This document shows positions 26,927-30,380 of a DNA stretch of 30,380 bases, piece by piece. Below the pieces are notes generated by a model. The model saw only the letters and a list, made by a program, of their open reading frames with translations, did not search any database and was not told the DNA's origin. The stretch comes from Chthonomonadales bacterium. Its GTDB lineage: Bacteria > Armatimonadota > Chthonomonadetes > Chthonomonadales > CAJBBX01. Each line of letters begins with the position of its first letter. The first letter of the stretch is position 1. The DNA lies in NCBI GenBank assembly GCA_049967475.1, contig JBMFSQ010000014.1, positions 56,358 through 86,737 of the forward strand, in the 5' to 3' direction. The position numbers and the translations under genes are program-made.

Positions 26927-27796
26927 TCACTCCTCCAGAAGCCGCTTCCATGCCGCCATGGACCGCTCCAGGTTCCTCCGGGCGTCCCCTGCTACTCCAA
27001 AGCCCTGCAGGCCGATTGGGCCGCGGTACTTCAGGGCAGCCAGCGTTCTGAGAACCGGGCGAAGATCATAAGTGCCCTCGTCCAGCGGCCGGATCAGCCT
27101 GTTCCAACCGGAACCGGCAGCCTCCGCATCTGCACCGTTGAGAGTGACTACGAACAGATGCGGGCGGGCATCAGCGAGAAGTTGGGGTATGCGTGCCTCA
27201 TCCCCTACGAACAAGCAGTGGCAGAGATTGAAGGTAACTCCCACGTTCTTCCGCTGTACCTTTTGAACCAGCCGCACAGCATCCTGGATGCGTTCCAGCC
27301 AATCGCCCACGTGCGGATAGAGGGCGATGCGCAGCCGGTATCGGGCGGCTGCATCGGCCAACGCCCTCAAGCCGGCCAGCGCCGCGGCGTCCCCATCCGG
27401 CGATGAGGGGGAATAGGCGCGGCTTCCAATGTGCAGCCACACGATTGTGTCGCTCCCCTCGAGTTCCTTCATGGCCTGCTCTAAGCGCGCATCGGGCTCG
27501 AGCCCGGCCGGCTCCAGGGTAGCCCCCGCGTAGAGGGCCACCAGCTTCAACTTGCGCTTTCGGGCAGCGGCGAGCATCGGCCTCAATTCCGTCGGGTCCC
27601 CCAATGTCCAGCTAATGCCGCCATATCCGGTGTCGTGGACCAGGTCTAGTTGGGCATCCGTCGGCAGGTCCGAGGCAGGATAACGGGGTTTGAGGCATGT
27701 GTCCATGGCGAAAAAGAGGTTCCGGCGGAGAGCTTCCGTGCCGCTGGGCACCGGCAACACCCCTCCCATCACAATTGCCAAGAGGGCCAGGTGCAT
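26927..27796 (-). CDS. Sugar-phosphate isomerase/epimerase-like TIM-barrel protein (AP_endonuc_2 family), probably exported
   Basis: IALYPH, NVGVTFNLCH, IRPLDEGTYD and YRGPIGLQ. GGAGGA RBS and a hydrophobic N-terminus. Confidence 0.8.
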   Translation of the reverse strand: MHLALLAIVMGGVLPVPSGTEALRRNLFFAMDTCLKPRYPASDLPTDAQLDLVHDTGYGGISWTLGDPTELRPMLAAARKRKLKLVALYAGATLEPAGLEPDARLEQAMKELEGSDTIVWLHIGSRAYSPSSPDGDAAALAGLRALADAAARYRLRIALYPHVGDWLERIQDAVRLVQKVQRKNVGVTFNLCHCLFVGDEARIPQLLADARPHLFVVTLNGADAEAAGSGWNRLIRPLDEGTYDLRPVLRTLAALKYRGPIGLQGFGVAGDARRNLERSMAAWKRLLEE

Positions 27797-27822
27797 AGGA
27801 TCCTCCTAGAGCATGGTTCGGT

Positions 27823-29022
27823 TCACGGCTCGAGCCCTCTGAGGTCTGCGGCGATGCGCTGGTTCTCTTTCATGAGCGCTTCCATGGTGATGCGCCGCCT
27901 TCTGCGGGCTGCTTCGCGACCCATGATCGTGGTGAGGGCGCTTTCCACGGCATGGCGTACGGTGGGGTTGGAGCAATCCCCTTTCGTGATGGCCTCATGG
28001 AAGGCAGCGATGTTGCGGCGCGCCCCTGCGGCGTACAAATCTGCAACATCCACGGAAAACGCATCGGATGCATTCACCATTTGCGCCTTCGCTGCATAGC
28101 TGATCCACCCGCAGCCGGACTGCCCGTGGATCCAGCATCCGCAGAAGTCGCCCGACGGATAGGCATCATTGAGGTGCTTAGCCCGGTGGTTGAGGATGAG
28201 ACCGTCGGCAAATTCATAGGTGAGGGAAAACAGATCGTGGCTATCCCCATGGGGATCGGCTCGACCGATGCGCGAAGCGCCTACCGCGGCCACAGGCACG
28301 CTCCCCGCAGCCCACAGCGCAGCGTCTATCGCATGGATGCAGGCGTTCACATGGTGTCCGCCGCCCAGGGCCACGTCATTCACCCATATGAGGTGCTGCA
28401 GCCGATCCTCGATGGTGCGGTTGCGGGGAGGATCCGGCCAACCGCCTGCCAGGTAGTAGCTTTGCAGGGCGATTACCTTTCCGATGGCGCCTTTGTGGAT
28501 TTGCTCCACCACACGGATGTTTCCCGGGTCTGTGGGCATCTGGTAATCCACCAGGAAGACGCGGCCCTTCGCCGATGCTTCGGCTGCAGCCGCCCGGATG
28601 CGCAGGCAGCCCGGAACGTCAACCGCTACGGGTTTGGCCATATAAACATGAAGCCCGGCATGCACGGCGGCGGCGGCATGGTCCGGGAAGCAGTAGGGGG
28701 GTGTTTCCAAAGCCACGGCCGCTATGCCGGCATCCATGAGCTTGAGGTATCCGTTCAATCCGTGGAAGCGGCGCTTCGCATCCACCCCGAGTGCATCGCC
28801 GCAACGGTCCGCAGCCTCCTTGAAGTAATCTGCAACGGCATACACTTCGTAGCCGCCGTGCTGCGCAAAAAGGGATGCGATCCAGCTTCCCCGCTGCCCG
28901 CAGCCGATCACGCCGATGCGGATGCGGTCCTTGCGGGATGCGCGGTGCGGTCCCAGGGCAACACCGGCCATGGCTGCCACTACCGCCCGCCGCGACACTG
29001 CCTTAGACTTCGGCGTATCCAT
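27823..29022 (-). CDS. Tat-exported Gfo/Idh/MocA oxidoreductase
   Basis: SRRAVV twin-arginine-like signal, IRIGVIGCGQRG, ETPP, HVYMAKPVAVD and CIHAID. GAAGGAG RBS before ATG 29022. Confidence 0.88.
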   Translation of the reverse strand: MDTPKSKAVSRRAVVAAMAGVALGPHRASRKDRIRIGVIGCGQRGSWIASLFAQHGGYEVYAVADYFKEAADRCGDALGVDAKRRFHGLNGYLKLMDAGIAAVALETPPYCFPDHAAAAVHAGLHVYMAKPVAVDVPGCLRIRAAAAEASAKGRVFLVDYQMPTDPGNIRVVEQIHKGAIGKVIALQSYYLAGGWPDPPRNRTIEDRLQHLIWVNDVALGGGHHVNACIHAIDAALWAAGSVPVAAVGASRIGRADPHGDSHDLFSLTYEFADGLILNHRAKHLNDAYPSGDFCGCWIHGQSGCGWISYAAKAQMVNASDAFSVDVADLYAAGARRNIAAFHEAITKGDCSNPTVRHAVESALTTIMGREAARRRRRITMEALMKENQRIAADLRGLEP

Positions 29023-29060
29023 CTGCACAACTCCTTCTTCCCAAACGCGCTTTCTATTCA

Positions 29061-29087
29061 CTTCTACCGGAGCGCTACAGTTCCTGC
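29061..29087 (-). promoter_or_regulatory. Sigma-H-like promoter candidate for the oxidoreductase/TIM-barrel pair
   Basis: Minus strand reads GCAGGA-N17-GAAG, about 40 nt upstream of ATG 29022. Confidence 0.45.
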
Positions 29088-29349
29088 AAAAGATCTCCGC
29101 TATAGGCTATTCCGTGTGCGCGATGTTGTTCGGCGGCGTTGGGTTACCCGGTGCCGAACTCTGTTCTGACGGCGCAGGCTTCTCCAACAAGCTTCCGGAA
29201 GCATAGGTTCCGGCGATCAGGAACGGGCAGAGTGGTTGCGCCTGGTCCGCGCCCTCATGGGCGTTTCTGTTTGCCGCTGACGGTCTCGTTCCCTTGAAGG
29301 CGTCTGTGCGCGCACGTTCCCTGCGCAATTGCGGAAATCCGCCCCGCGG

Positions 29350-29379
29350 TTGACAGGAAGCAAGGCCAGATGCTATATT
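29350..29379 (+). promoter_or_regulatory. Sigma70-type promoter of the tRNA pair
   Basis: TTGACA (29350-29355), 18 nt, then TATATT (29374-29379) with an extended -10 TG. Confidence 0.8.
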
Positions 29380-29427
29380 CTAGACTGGCGCCTGACCTCT
29401 GGGCGCCGGCATGACGGTCGCCGGTTT

Positions 29428-29511
29428 GGGCGAGTGGTGGAATGGCAGACACGCTGGTCTTAGGAACCAGTGCCGAAAGGCGTAGGAGTTCGACTCTCCT
29501 CTCGCCCACCA
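29428..29511 (+). tRNA. tRNA-Leu (anticodon TAG)
   Basis: Acceptor stem GGGCGAG/CTCGCCC, anticodon arm CTGGT-CTTAGGA-ACCAG, long variable arm, GTTCGAC T-loop, discriminator A and encoded CCA. Confidence 0.97.
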
Positions 29512-29541
29512 CCCCGGACCGGTGCGCTTCGGAAGGAACGG

Positions 29542-29616
29542 GCGGGAGTAGCTCAGTGGTAGAGCGCTTCCTTGCCAAGGAAGAGGTCGCGGGTTCGAAA
29601 CCCGTCTCCCGCTCCA
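29542..29616 (+). tRNA. tRNA-Gly (anticodon GCC)
   Basis: Acceptor stem GCGGGAG/CTCCCGC, anticodon arm CTTCC-TTGCCAA-GGAAG, GTTCGAA T-loop, discriminator T and encoded CCA. Confidence 0.97.
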
Positions 29617-29727
29617 ACCACGCTCCCAACCTCTCGTAACGCGCAGCCTGGACACCTCTTTCCCCTCTCGTGCATTGTATCCTTGTTGACGGAATGCGCC
29701 CAGATCCCTCGCGGGAGGACAATTTCG

Positions 29728-30380
29728 ATGCTGAGCAAATCTCTCGATCAGGTTACACAAGCGGAATTGGAAAAGATCGTGGAGGCTTCCGTCCCCGAGA
29801 GCGTCACGCTGGAGTACAAGGCAGCGTGCTACGGCTCGAAGGACCAGGACAAGCTGGAACTGGCGAAGGACGTTGCCGCTATGGCAAACACCCATGGCGG
29901 GTTCCTCATCATCGGCATAAAGGAGAAAAACGGCCAGGCTGCCGAGCTCACCGGCGTACAGCTCCCGGACCCGGACAAGGAAATTCAGCGGATGCTGAAC
30001 ATCCTGGACGCCCATGTTGAGCCCAAGATCCACGGGGTTAACATGCAGCCCATCGGCCTCGAAGACGGGCGTTGGGCCTTCGTCCTTCGTGTTCCGCGCA
30101 GCTTGATGCGGCCGCACGCCGTGAGGAATGGCGAATGGCGTAAGTGGCCTGCGCGCAACTCCAACGGCACGTACTTCCTGGATGTGCCCCAAATCCGCAA
30201 TGCCTTCCTGTTCTCCCAGACGGTTGCGGAACGAATGCGCGCCTTCCGCATAGACCGCATTGCGCAACTGGGCGACTTGCCCCGTTCAAACGAACACATG
30301 CGCCTGGTGTACCACATCCTGCCCCTAAGCGCATTTGACGCAGATGCAGAGGCCGAAGTGGATCTGCAGGTGCTGGCGCA
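29728..30380 (+). CDS. Schlafen/AlbA_2 domain protein, truncated by the window end
   Basis: Manual translation gives MLSKSLDQVTQAELEKIVEASVPESVTLEYK...LAKDVAAMANTHGGFLIIGIKE...VLRVPRSLMRPH...RNSNG. It has the ExxxxExK and ANxxGG motifs and a GGGAGG RBS. It is absent from the ORF track because there is no stop. Confidence 0.88.
   Translation, partial: MLSKSLDQVTQAELEKIVEASVPESVTLEYKAACYGSKDQDKLELAKDVAAMANTHGGFLIIGIKEKNGQAAELTGVQLPDPDKEIQRMLNILDAHVEPKIHGVNMQPIGLEDGRWAFVLRVPRSLMRPHAVRNGEWRKWPARNSNGTYFLDVPQIRNAFLFSQTVAERMRAFRIDRIAQLGDLPRSNEHMRLVYHILPLSAFDADAEAEVDLQVLA

Noticed and set aside
29107..29328. 73-aa minus-strand ORF and a further AAGG-N19-AAAC motif at 29269-29295
   Set aside because: There is no RBS or recognisable motif, and the ATG after the motif opens only 13 codons.
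29542..29727. Integrated element attachment site at tRNA-Gly
   Set aside because: No duplicated tRNA 3' segment or integrase is visible in the window, and the extra ACCA after CCA is too short to be meaningful.

Overview
GC-rich bacterial chromosomal window. The gene content is consistent with an Armatimonadota-like organism, but that is inference only. From left to right it holds: an edge-truncated secreted Lys-rich repeat protein, a prolyl oligopeptidase, an Ig/FN3-like lipoprotein, a Gfo/Idh/MocA oxidoreductase, an aldo/keto reductase and a probably frameshifted TPR gene. Next is a compact apparent operon: rimO, a 603-aa unknown protein with about five winged-helix-like repeats, gltX, and two amidohydrolase-fold proteins that both lack the catalytic residues, closed by a terminator. 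Then come DUF4350 plus MoxR, a 941-aa secreted GH-like protein, an M28 peptidase, an FGGY pentulose kinase and a DUF1559 prepilin-like protein. A cluster of exported sugar-redox genes follows (DUF6807, two Tat Gfo/Idh/MocA, a TIM-barrel protein and a 5'-truncated propeller remnant). The window ends with tRNA-Leu(TAG), tRNA-Gly(GCC) and a Schlafen/AlbA_2 gene cut by the edge. A recurring sigma-H-like promoter motif lies upstream of several genes. No CRISPR array, integrase, transposase or rRNA was seen. All family calls come from motif recognition by eye, not database searches.
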